Below, piece after piece: positions 11,001 through 17,716 of a DNA stretch of 64,000 bases (its first letter is position 1; the number at the start of each line of letters is the position of its first letter). The stretch is from an uncultured Myxococcaceae bacterium (lineage in GTDB: Bacteria > Myxococcota_A > Polyangia > Polyangiales > Ga0077539), in contig CAMFHP010000008.1 of assembly GCA_945952225.1 (NCBI GenBank), positions 1,798-65,797 on the forward strand, in the 5' to 3' direction. The notes under the pieces are model-generated. The model saw nothing but the letters and a program-made list of their open reading frames with translations. It made no database searches and had not been told where the DNA came from. The translations under genes were made by a program, and so were the position numbers.

Positions 11001-13738
11001 CGCTGCTTCCCGTGCTCACCGCGGCGGGCACGCTCCGTCACCAGGGCGACGCGCGCTCCCTCGGAGTGCTCCACGCGGCGACGCTCGACGAGCCCGCCCG
11101 CACCCTCCTCGCGCGGCGTGCCCGCTCGGCCCGCAGGCTCCGCGCGCACATCGGATCGAGCGCCGCGCGCGACGAGCTGGTCGACGAGCTCGTGCCCGCG
11201 CTCGACGCCTCCGCGAAGCTCTGGCGCACCGCCTCTCACGAAGGTCTTCGCCGTCGCGCCGCGCAGTACATCGTCGACGAGCTCGGCGCCGACAGCGCGC
11301 GCTGGGTGCTCTCGTCCGAGGCCACCGCGCTGCGCCTCGCGTTCCTCAAGGTGCTCACGGAGCAGGGCACGCGGTCGGCCTTCGAAGACGACCTGCGCGC
11401 GCTGGAGAAGCTCCCCGCCGAGCGCCTCGCCCTCGCCACGCGCTGGCTCGAAGCCTTCGCGCAGAAGGCGCCCGAGCACACGCGCGCGGTCGCCGAGTGT
11501 GCGGCCTCGATGGTGGTCGACCGACGCATCGAGCGAGAGCCCTCCACGGTGTCGCTCGACGTGAAGATCGAGGGACTCTTCGGTCAGCACCCGCGCGTGC
11601 AGAACCGCACGCTCGCGCTGCGGCTCGATGAGTTTCTCGCGCGCACCGACGAGATGATCGACGTGCGCCTGCCGCGATGGCGCGCGTACCGAAAGGCCCG
11701 CGCCGAGGTGGCCGAACGCGAGCGCCGTCGACTGCGCCTCGATGAGTTCACCGCGCGCGTGCTCACGAGCTTCGTGCGCAACGGACTGATCGACGAGGTG
11801 TACCTCCCGCTCGTGGGGCAGAACCTCGCGAAGCAGCTCGGCGCCGCGGGCGATGGCAAGCGCACCGACCTCATGGGCCTGCTGCTCCTCGTGTCGCCGC
11901 CGGGCTACGGCAAGACCACGCTGATGGAGTACGTCGCGAGTCGGCTGGGGCTCGTGTTCGTGAAGGTGAACGGCCCGTCGCTGGGACACGCCGTGGTGAG
12001 CCTCGACCCCTCGGAGGCGCCCAACGCCACCGCGCGCCAGGAGGTCGAGAAGATCAACCTGGCCTTCGAGATGGGCAACAACGTGATGCTCTACCTCGAC
12101 GACATCCAACACACGAACGCGGAGCTGCTCCAGAAGTTCATCTCGCTCTGCGACGGGTCGCGTCGCATCGAGGGCGTGTGGCGCGGCCGCACGCGCACCT
12201 ACGACCTTCGCGGCAAGCGCTTCTGCATCGTGATGGCGGGCAATCCGTACACCGAGTCGGGCGCGCGCTTTCGCATCCCCGACATGCTCGCGAACCGCGC
12301 GGACACCTACAACCTCGGCGACATTCTCGGCGGCCGCGACGACGTGTTCGCGCGCTCGTACGTCGAGAACGCGCTCACCTCGAACGCCACGCTCGCGCCC
12401 CTCGCGGGTCGTGACCCCGCAGACCTCCGCAAGCTCCTTCGCATCGCCGAGGGTGAGAGCCTCGCGCCCTCGGAGCTCGCGCACCCGTACAGCGCCGCCG
12501 AGGTGGGAGAGATCACCGCGGTGCTCCGGGGCATGCTCCGCGCGCGCAACACGCTGCTCGCGGTGAACGCCGAGTACATCCGCAGCGCCTCGCAGGAAGA
12601 TGCGTTCCGCACCGAGCCGCCCTTCAAGCTCCAGGGCAGCTACCGCAACATGAACAAGGTCGCCGAGAAGATCGTCGCGGCGCACACCGACGACGAGGTC
12701 GAGGCCCTCGTGAGCGACCACTACACCAGCGAGAGCCAGACGCTCACGACGGGCGCAGAGCAGAACCTCCTGAAGCTCGCCGAGCTCCGCGGACGACTCA
12801 CCGACGCGCAGCGCGCCCGCTGGGATGCGATCAAGAAGGAATACCTCCGTCAGAAACGCGTCGGCGGCCGCGACGACGACCCCGTGGCGCGCGTCACGGG
12901 CACGCTCTCGACGCTCGGCGAGGAGCTCGAACGGCTGCGCACCGACCTCGTGAAGGCCGCGTCTTCTCGCGAGGGAGAGCGCACCGTGGCCGCGCAGCTC
13001 ACGCCCCACCTCGACGCGCTCGCGAAGGCCCTCGCCTCGGTGTCGCGCCCCACGCTCGACGTGAGGCTCCCGACGCCCGATCCCCGCGCGCAGGCCGACG
13101 CGCTCGCGCTCGCGCTGCGCAACGCCTCGGCCGACCTCGCGCCCGTGGCCCGCGCCGCACAGCACGGCCTCGGCACGCTCCCCGCGCTCCTCGAGTCGCT
13201 CGTGTCGGTGCTCACCCGCATGGAGCAGCGCCTCGCCGACGCGCCCGTCCCCGTGGCCACGGTCGCCCCCGCGTTGCCCGCGCAGCCCGCCTCCGTGGCC
13301 CGTGCGTCGGTTCCCTCGCCGGCCCCCTCCCCGACCCCTGCGCCGCGCGCGGCGACGCCCGCAAGGCCCCTCTCCGCGCTGCCCGACACCATGGCCGCCG
13401 TGCCCGGTGCGATGCGCTTCGAAGCCACCCTCGACGCGGCGAGCGCCTCGCATCTCTGGGTGCCCCGCGGCGCCGACACCGATGTGCTCCGCGACGGCGG
13501 GGTCTACGTGCAGACCCATCGCGCGCTCCCGCCGCTTGGCGGGCTCGTCTCGCTCGTGATCGACCTCGCGGGTGCGGGACGCTTCGAGGTGCCCGCGCAG
13601 GTGATGTTCGTCCGCGAGGCCGCCCTCGATGTGCCCGATCCGGGCTTCGGCGCGCGGCTCACGCAGCTCCCGCCGGAGCTCGAACGTGCGCTCCGTCGCT
13701 ACGTGATCGAACGTGACCCCGTGCAGGTGCGACGGTGA
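8039..13738 (+). CDS. giant (1,899 aa) single-AAA+ ATPase with C-terminal PilZ-like domain; function unknown
   Basis: Walker A 'SPPGYGKTT' (11894-11920) and Walker B 'VMLYLDD' (12083-12103). 'VMAGNPYTESGARFRIPDMLANRAD' resembles the MoxR/AAA_5-type sensor region. About 1,280 aa of non-ATPase sequence (beta-rich, then long helical) precede the ATPase. A Pro/Ala linker leads to a PilZ-like tail (13412-13735). Confidence 0.85.
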   Translation: MSDAAENTAASELGGSYEVIRRRLIEQATELGRRAEQLNARRIEVFGGSDLSLTATERVRTENNCLPRDIVAVGPRLLVAYDVFVGMKSEVTVADVFGLHRVVRNEQGAPTLEPLPLDDGGFLSDERFVREFGDLFKYVREARILQLRRTDHRLLAVFSTGPGARDRRVFRWSIDAAGRITYLDARGEEDHVRPRAHDFTWKTATRENHVQGRHPHVSIFDEVFVETIGGDLTIKVENNTASGQGIYAEPVDDANQSLDDATIGYARLGALILLRVKPYRESVTRHFLYNPRRRQVLRIDALEQACLALPEDHGAIFSTGYYLVTGEHKLFDAEGGPMTFERVLRAPNGEDVLYVFFRESDGRYLLFPYNLIRKEVATPITCHGYSLFDDGALIVFRAAPGEEPRRVHPMQVWRTPFVSAEVAASAPVAGSFLGRVGNPDLVRGISEALSLRRLALGENPDRQTWEDLIAASGRMVDAFHWLGHAECFDLLGALKQVRAVAEQIVDEYEKVVAIRARAAEALAKAEGDQKELLRAPADASESADAFMQALTALRRQRGALGTLREMRAMNLTRVEALESEVDARFTETSLAAATFLCRDDALRPLVEKVDAAVAQAEKVARSIELAPAQAEVDRVYEGTTVLSETVAGLQVDDPTVRTRILDAIGEVFGRVNRARAVLQGRAKELRGHELRAEFASQSKLLAQAIQSALAVADTPERCDASLSRLVVQLEALEGRFGELDEFAPELASRREELHDAFGARRQTLVDERQKRAANLMAAAERILQGVERRVRAIPSPEELHAYFAGDPMVARARELVAQLRALGDAVKADEIEGRIKSARQEGTRALRDRSDLFDGADNVIRFGQHRFFVNTQPLELAIVPRDGALALHLTGTDFYEPLEDPRLDEARDLWAQTLPGECETVYRAEFLAACVLRDAERNERGLSIETLRQESLKSDGLLALVRTWSAERHDEGYERGVHDVDAAAILGALLPVLTAAGTLRHQGDARSLGVLHAATLDEPARTLLARRARSARRLRAHIGSSAARDELVDELVPALDASAKLWRTASHEGLRRRAAQYIVDELGADSARWVLSSEATALRLAFLKVLTEQGTRSAFEDDLRALEKLPAERLALATRWLEAFAQKAPEHTRAVAECAASMVVDRRIEREPSTVSLDVKIEGLFGQHPRVQNRTLALRLDEFLARTDEMIDVRLPRWRAYRKARAEVAERERRRLRLDEFTARVLTSFVRNGLIDEVYLPLVGQNLAKQLGAAGDGKRTDLMGLLLLVSPPGYGKTTLMEYVASRLGLVFVKVNGPSLGHAVVSLDPSEAPNATARQEVEKINLAFEMGNNVMLYLDDIQHTNAELLQKFISLCDGSRRIEGVWRGRTRTYDLRGKRFCIVMAGNPYTESGARFRIPDMLANRADTYNLGDILGGRDDVFARSYVENALTSNATLAPLAGRDPADLRKLLRIAEGESLAPSELAHPYSAAEVGEITAVLRGMLRARNTLLAVNAEYIRSASQEDAFRTEPPFKLQGSYRNMNKVAEKIVAAHTDDEVEALVSDHYTSESQTLTTGAEQNLLKLAELRGRLTDAQRARWDAIKKEYLRQKRVGGRDDDPVARVTGTLSTLGEELERLRTDLVKAASSREGERTVAAQLTPHLDALAKALASVSRPTLDVRLPTPDPRAQADALALALRNASADLAPVARAAQHGLGTLPALLESLVSVLTRMEQRLADAPVPVATVAPALPAQPASVARASVPSPAPSPTPAPRAATPARPLSALPDTMAAVPGAMRFEATLDAASASHLWVPRGADTDVLRDGGVYVQTHRALPPLGGLVSLVIDLAGAGRFEVPAQVMFVREAALDVPDPGFGARLTQLPPELERALRRYVIERDPVQVRR

Positions 13739-14511
13739 GCGCAGCCCGTCTCGTCACGGTCGCTGTCGTGCTGGTGGCGTGCGCGGCGCGTCCTGCGTCG
13801 GTGCTCCCCGACGTCTCGCACACCGAGCTCACGTCGCGCGCCGTGCAGGTCACGCCCGATCTCACGGTGCGTCCGCTGGCGCCCGGCGTGTTGCGCCACA
13901 CCTCGTGGCGCGTGCTGCCCGACGTGGGGCGCTTTCCCTCGAACGGCCTTGTTCTCCTGGGCCCGCATGAGGCCATCGTGGTCGACACCGCGTGGGGTGC
14001 GGAGCTCACGGAGGCGCTCTTCACCCACATCGAGCGCGACCTGCACCGACGCATCACGCACCTCGTGGTGACGCACTCGCACGACGACCGCATCGGCGGC
14101 ATTCGCGAGGCGCTGCGTCGTCACGTCGCCGTGCACGCGCTCACCCTCACCGCCACGCGTGCGACGGCCGAAGGGCTCCCGCCACCCACCGACCCCTTCG
14201 AACGCGAGACCGCCGTCGACGCCGATGGAATGCGCGTGGAGGTCTTCTTCCCCGGCGCCGCCCATGCCCCCGACAACGTGGTCGTGTGGGTCCCCTCGCA
14301 GCGCATCCTCTTCGGCACGTGCATGGTGCGCTCGGCCGACGCGCGCTCCCTCGGCAACCTCGCCGACGCGTCCGTCGCCACGTGGGCTGCATCGGTGCGC
14401 GCGGTGATGGCCCGCTATCCGTCACCCGCCATCGTCGTGCCGGGCCACGGCGAACCCGGCGACGCCTCGCTCCTCACGCACACGCTCGACCTCGTGGCCG
14501 TGGGACGCTGA
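13735..14511 (+). CDS. subclass B1 metallo-beta-lactamase, lipoprotein
   Basis: The GTG start overlaps the upstream TGA (GTGA). Lipobox 'VLVAC'. All six B1 zinc ligands are present: 'THSHDDRIGG' (H116/H118/D120), 'PGAAHAPDN' (H196), 'FGTCMV' (C221), 'VVPGHG' (H263). 'SLGNLADA' closely resembles the NDM/VIM region. Confidence 0.85.
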   Translation: MSAARLVTVAVVLVACAARPASVLPDVSHTELTSRAVQVTPDLTVRPLAPGVLRHTSWRVLPDVGRFPSNGLVLLGPHEAIVVDTAWGAELTEALFTHIERDLHRRITHLVVTHSHDDRIGGIREALRRHVAVHALTLTATRATAEGLPPPTDPFERETAVDADGMRVEVFFPGAAHAPDNVVVWVPSQRILFGTCMVRSADARSLGNLADASVATWAASVRAVMARYPSPAIVVPGHGEPGDASLLTHTLDLVAVGR

Positions 14512-14515
14512 CCCG

Positions 14516-15073
14516 TCACCCGCCGCAACGCGCGAGGCACACGCCGCTGCAGCATCGCATTCCGCCGCAGCTCACGCCGCACGCGCCGCAGTTCGCGGTG
14601 TTCGCCTGCGTGTCGACGCACGCCCCGTTGCAGAGCTGCCGCGCGCCCTCGCAACCGCACGCGCCGCTGCGACACACGAGGCCCGACTCGCAGCGGTTCA
14701 AGCACCGACCGCAGTTGGAGCTCGACTCCGTGAGGTCGACCTCACACCCGTCGCTCGCGCGGCCGTTGCAGTCGGCCCATCCCTGCTCGCACTCGCACGC
14801 GCCCGCGTTGCAGACCTGGTGGTCGCCGCACGCGCAGACCCGCGCGTCGCTCCCCGTGTCGACCGACGCATCGCGGCCCGTGTCGGGCGCGCTGTCACGC
14901 GAGACCACGTCGGGCGTCGACACGTCGGGCGCGGGCGCGTCCATCGGGGCCATCGCGTCGGGCACGGAGAGATCCGTGCGATCGAAGTCGAGCGCGACCG
15001 TGCACCCGCCGAGCGCGTGCGCCACGACCGTCACCACTCCCCACCGGGACCACAGGCTGCGCACCGTCGCCAT
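14516..15073 (-). CDS. Cys-rich lipoprotein
   Basis: Start chosen at 'MATVRSLW'. Lipobox 'ALGGC', an Asp/Pro/Ala spacer, then repeated 'C.C....C..G.C.C' and 'NCG.CG..C' motifs typical of myxobacterial Cys-rich repeats. Confidence 0.65.
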   Translation of the reverse strand: MATVRSLWSRWGVVTVVAHALGGCTVALDFDRTDLSVPDAMAPMDAPAPDVSTPDVVSRDSAPDTGRDASVDTGSDARVCACGDHQVCNAGACECEQGWADCNGRASDGCEVDLTESSSNCGRCLNRCESGLVCRSGACGCEGARQLCNGACVDTQANTANCGACGVSCGGMRCCSGVCLARCGG

Positions 15074-15229
15074 GAGCCGTCCTCCGTCGACGCCCGCACC
15101 GGCAGACGCACCCGCCAAGGTACCGGATCGCGCGCGCCTGCAAAGCGGCACCTTTGCACACGCGAAGCGCGCAACGTTCTCACACCCGCGACGTGGCGCG
15201 GCGTGGCCGTTTCGCCGTGCGCCGCACGA

Positions 15230-15664
15230 TCACCAGGCCGACACGCCCATGGCCTCGGCAATCCGCGCAGCGTCGTCGCGCGACACCTCGAAGTGCCCGC
15301 GTCGCGCGAGCATTCCCCACCCTGCGTCGCGCGTGAACGAGAGCGCCGCACGCAGCGCCGCGAGCGGAACCTCCCTCGCCTCCGCGCACCAGCGCACGTC
15401 GCGACGAAAGGGCGTGAACCCGCCGCCCATGTCGACCTGCACCACGGGTCCGTCGCCGACGCGACCGAGGGCCGTGAACGCCTGCAGCGCGTCGCCGCCG
15501 TTCATCTCCGTGCGCGGCGAGTAGACGATGAAGCCGTCGCCCGCGGCCATGCGCACGAGCGGCGCGCGCTTGCCGTGGCACACCTGCGTGAAGCCGCCCG
15601 CCACTCCGCGCATCACGTGACTGCGCGAGATCACCCCGATCCAGAACCGCGTCGTGTCGTTCAT
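15230..15664 (-). CDS. EVE (PUA-like) domain protein
   Basis: 144 aa. 'FWIGVISRSHV...GFTQVCHGKRAPLVRMAAGDGFIVYSP' matches the EVE/UPF0310 N-terminal pattern. Confidence 0.75.
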   Translation of the reverse strand: MNDTTRFWIGVISRSHVMRGVAGGFTQVCHGKRAPLVRMAAGDGFIVYSPRTEMNGGDALQAFTALGRVGDGPVVQVDMGGGFTPFRRDVRWCAEAREVPLAALRAALSFTRDAGWGMLARRGHFEVSRDDAARIAEAMGVSAW

Positions 15665-15712
15665 GCGCCGACCGTAGCGTCCGCGCGCTGACAGCCGACT
15701 GTCAGGGTTGTG

Positions 15713-16201
15713 TCAGCCTTTCGGCGCGCCCTGTCGTTCGAGCACGGCGAGGATCTTGTCGAGGCGATCGGCGATGCGCCGCTGCGTCTCCTGCGCGTCG
15801 CGGGCCTCGGCCTCGCGCTCGGCGGCCGGCGCGTCGAAGAGCTTCGCGGCGAGCGAGGGCCCCACGGTGTTGAGCCACGACGCGATGACCTTGCCGCGCT
15901 CGGACCGCGCGAAGGTGTCGGCGTAGCCCACGGAGAGGCTCGTGGTCACGAACACCAGCGCGTCGGCGAAGGTGCGCACCTTGGGGTTCACGCCGCGCTC
16001 GCACTGCCAGAAGAGGTACGCGGCCGAGAGCACGGTGACCGCCGTCGCGTCGAGGGGATCGCGCGCCACGAGCTCGCGCGCCTGCTTCTTCACCGCGGGC
16101 CACGGCCCCCCCGCGTCGGGGTCGCCGAGGGCGTTCATCGCGAGGCCCGCGAGGGCGGTGAGGGCCTTGAGGTTCACGGCGCGACGGGGCGTGGTGCTCA
16201 T
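15713..16201 (-). CDS. small 2-TM ion-channel-like protein (K+ channel pore with non-canonical filter)
   Basis: TM, then pore helix and filter-like 'FVTTSLSVGYADTF', then TM and a charged helical tail. Starts 12 nt after the upstream hydroxylase gene stop. Confidence 0.55.
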   Translation of the reverse strand: MSTTPRRAVNLKALTALAGLAMNALGDPDAGGPWPAVKKQARELVARDPLDATAVTVLSAAYLFWQCERGVNPKVRTFADALVFVTTSLSVGYADTFARSERGKVIASWLNTVGPSLAAKLFDAPAAEREAEARDAQETQRRIADRLDKILAVLERQGAPKG

Positions 16202-16213
16202 CGGGCGCCGAGC

Positions 16214-17356
16214 CTACCGCGCGGCGTACGCGGCGCCAGCGACGATCGAGAGCGCGAACGAGACCCACCAGAGGCCCTGCGAGACCGACGCCCACGCGCG
16301 CGCTTCGAGGAGCCCGCCCACGTTCGCGAGTCCCCACACCGAGAGCGTCGCGGCCGCGAGGTTCACCGCATCGGCCCCCACAGGGCGTTGCAGCACGACC
16401 ACCGAGAGCAGCATCGCGAGCGCGAACACCACCACCGCGTGGAGCGTCGTCGCGCGCGCAGCGGTCACGTCGTAGCGGGGTGCGCCGCGGCGCGCGTCGG
16501 CCATCGCGTTGAGGTCTTCGGCGGGCCATCCGGGCGGCTGCCATCCGGGGCCGCGCACGAGCACCTGGGCGGCGGTCGCGAGGCCCTCGGCGCGGGCCAT
16601 CTTGGCGAGGAGCTTTGCGCCGTACTGGAGGTGCACCCACACGGGGTTCCAGCTCGCGACGGGCTCGATGGTGCCGTAGGTGGGCGACTGCGATTCGGCG
16701 GTGAAGGTGCCGAAGAGGCGATCCCAGACGATGAAGACGCCCGCGTAGTTGCGATCGAGGTAGGCGGGGTCGACGCCGTGGTGCACGCGGTGATGCGACG
16801 GGGTGTTGAAGACTGCTTCGAGGGGCGCGGGCAGGCGGTCGATGAGCTTCGTGTGGATCCAGAACTGGTAGACGATGACCACGCCGTAGGCCGACGCGAA
16901 CACCGACGGCGGCACGCCCATCAGCGCGAGCGGAAGCTGAAACCACAGGGAGAACAGGGGCTGCCACGCGTCCTGACGGAGCGCGACGGAGAGGTTGTAG
17001 TCCTCGCTCTGGTGGTGCACGACGTGGCTGAACCAGCCCACCGCCGACTCGTGGCTCCAGCGATGGAACCAGTAGTAGAAGAAGTCCGCGGCGACGAAGG
17101 CCACGAGCCACGCGACGACGGGATGCGCCGCGAACCAGTCGGTGGCCCGCGCATGGTCGTAGAGCCAGTGGTAGGGCGCTTCGAGGGGCACCGTGAGCAG
17201 CGCCACGAGGAGCTGCTGGTACGCGCCGCACGCGAGGTTCGTGAGCGCGTCGTTCAGGCGGTAGAGACCGAGGTTTCTGCGCCGATCCCACCACCACTCG
17301 GCGCCCATGAAGACGAAGTACATCGGCACCGCGAGCACGATGGGGTCGACCGCCAT
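16214..17356 (-). CDS. fatty-acid hydroxylase superfamily protein (sterol desaturase family; alkylglycerol-monooxygenase-like)
   Basis: Histidine boxes 'HRWSHE', 'HVVHHQSEDYNLSVALRQ' and 'HHRVHHG'. Polytopic membrane protein with an extra C-terminal TM region. Confidence 0.85.
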   Translation of the reverse strand: MAVDPIVLAVPMYFVFMGAEWWWDRRRNLGLYRLNDALTNLACGAYQQLLVALLTVPLEAPYHWLYDHARATDWFAAHPVVAWLVAFVAADFFYYWFHRWSHESAVGWFSHVVHHQSEDYNLSVALRQDAWQPLFSLWFQLPLALMGVPPSVFASAYGVVIVYQFWIHTKLIDRLPAPLEAVFNTPSHHRVHHGVDPAYLDRNYAGVFIVWDRLFGTFTAESQSPTYGTIEPVASWNPVWVHLQYGAKLLAKMARAEGLATAAQVLVRGPGWQPPGWPAEDLNAMADARRGAPRYDVTAARATTLHAVVVFALAMLLSVVVLQRPVGADAVNLAAATLSVWGLANVGGLLEARAWASVSQGLWWVSFALSIVAGAAYAAR

Positions 17357-17404
17357 GGGCGCGGATCATCGCACCCGACACGTGCCCCGCGGTAGCCTCG
17401 CGCA

Positions 17405-17695
17405 ATGGCACGCACCCCACTCACCGACGACGCACTCCGCGAGGCGCTCGCCGCGCTCCCGCGATGGGAGGGCGACGGACGCTCGATCCGCGCGACGTAC
17501 CACTTCTCGACCTACGAAGCGGGCGTCGCCTTCGCGATGCAATGCGCCCTCGTCGCGCAGCGCATGGACCACCACCCCGAGCTGCTCATCGGCTGGCAGC
17601 ACGTGACCGTGACCTTCACCACCCACGACGCCGGCGGCGTCACCGCGCGCGACCTCGACGGAGCCCGCGCCGTCGACGCCATCGCCGCGGCCTGA
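17405..17695 (+). CDS. phhB: pterin-4-alpha-carbinolamine dehydratase
   Basis: 96 aa. 'L..W.......I...Y.F..Y..GVAFAMQCALVAQRMDHHPELLIGWQHVTVTFTTH' is the PCD/DCoH signature. Confidence 0.85.
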   Translation: MARTPLTDDALREALAALPRWEGDGRSIRATYHFSTYEAGVAFAMQCALVAQRMDHHPELLIGWQHVTVTFTTHDAGGVTARDLDGARAVDAIAAA

Positions 17696-17716
17696 ACCGA
17701 CCGCCCGTCGCAGCGC

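Noticed and set aside
7907-13519. A 1,870-aa ORF on the minus strand, antisense to the giant ATPase gene.
   Set aside because: This is a shadow ORF typical of ~70% GC DNA. The translation is Arg/Gly/Ala/Glu/His-rich low complexity with no motifs. The plus-strand frame carries Walker A/B and balanced composition with G/C at third positions.
13600-14600. Whether the metallo-beta-lactamase sits on a mobile element or horizontally acquired island.
   Set aside because: No integrase, transposase, inverted repeats or tRNA target is nearby. GC content and codon style match the flanks, and the start codon is embedded in the upstream gene.
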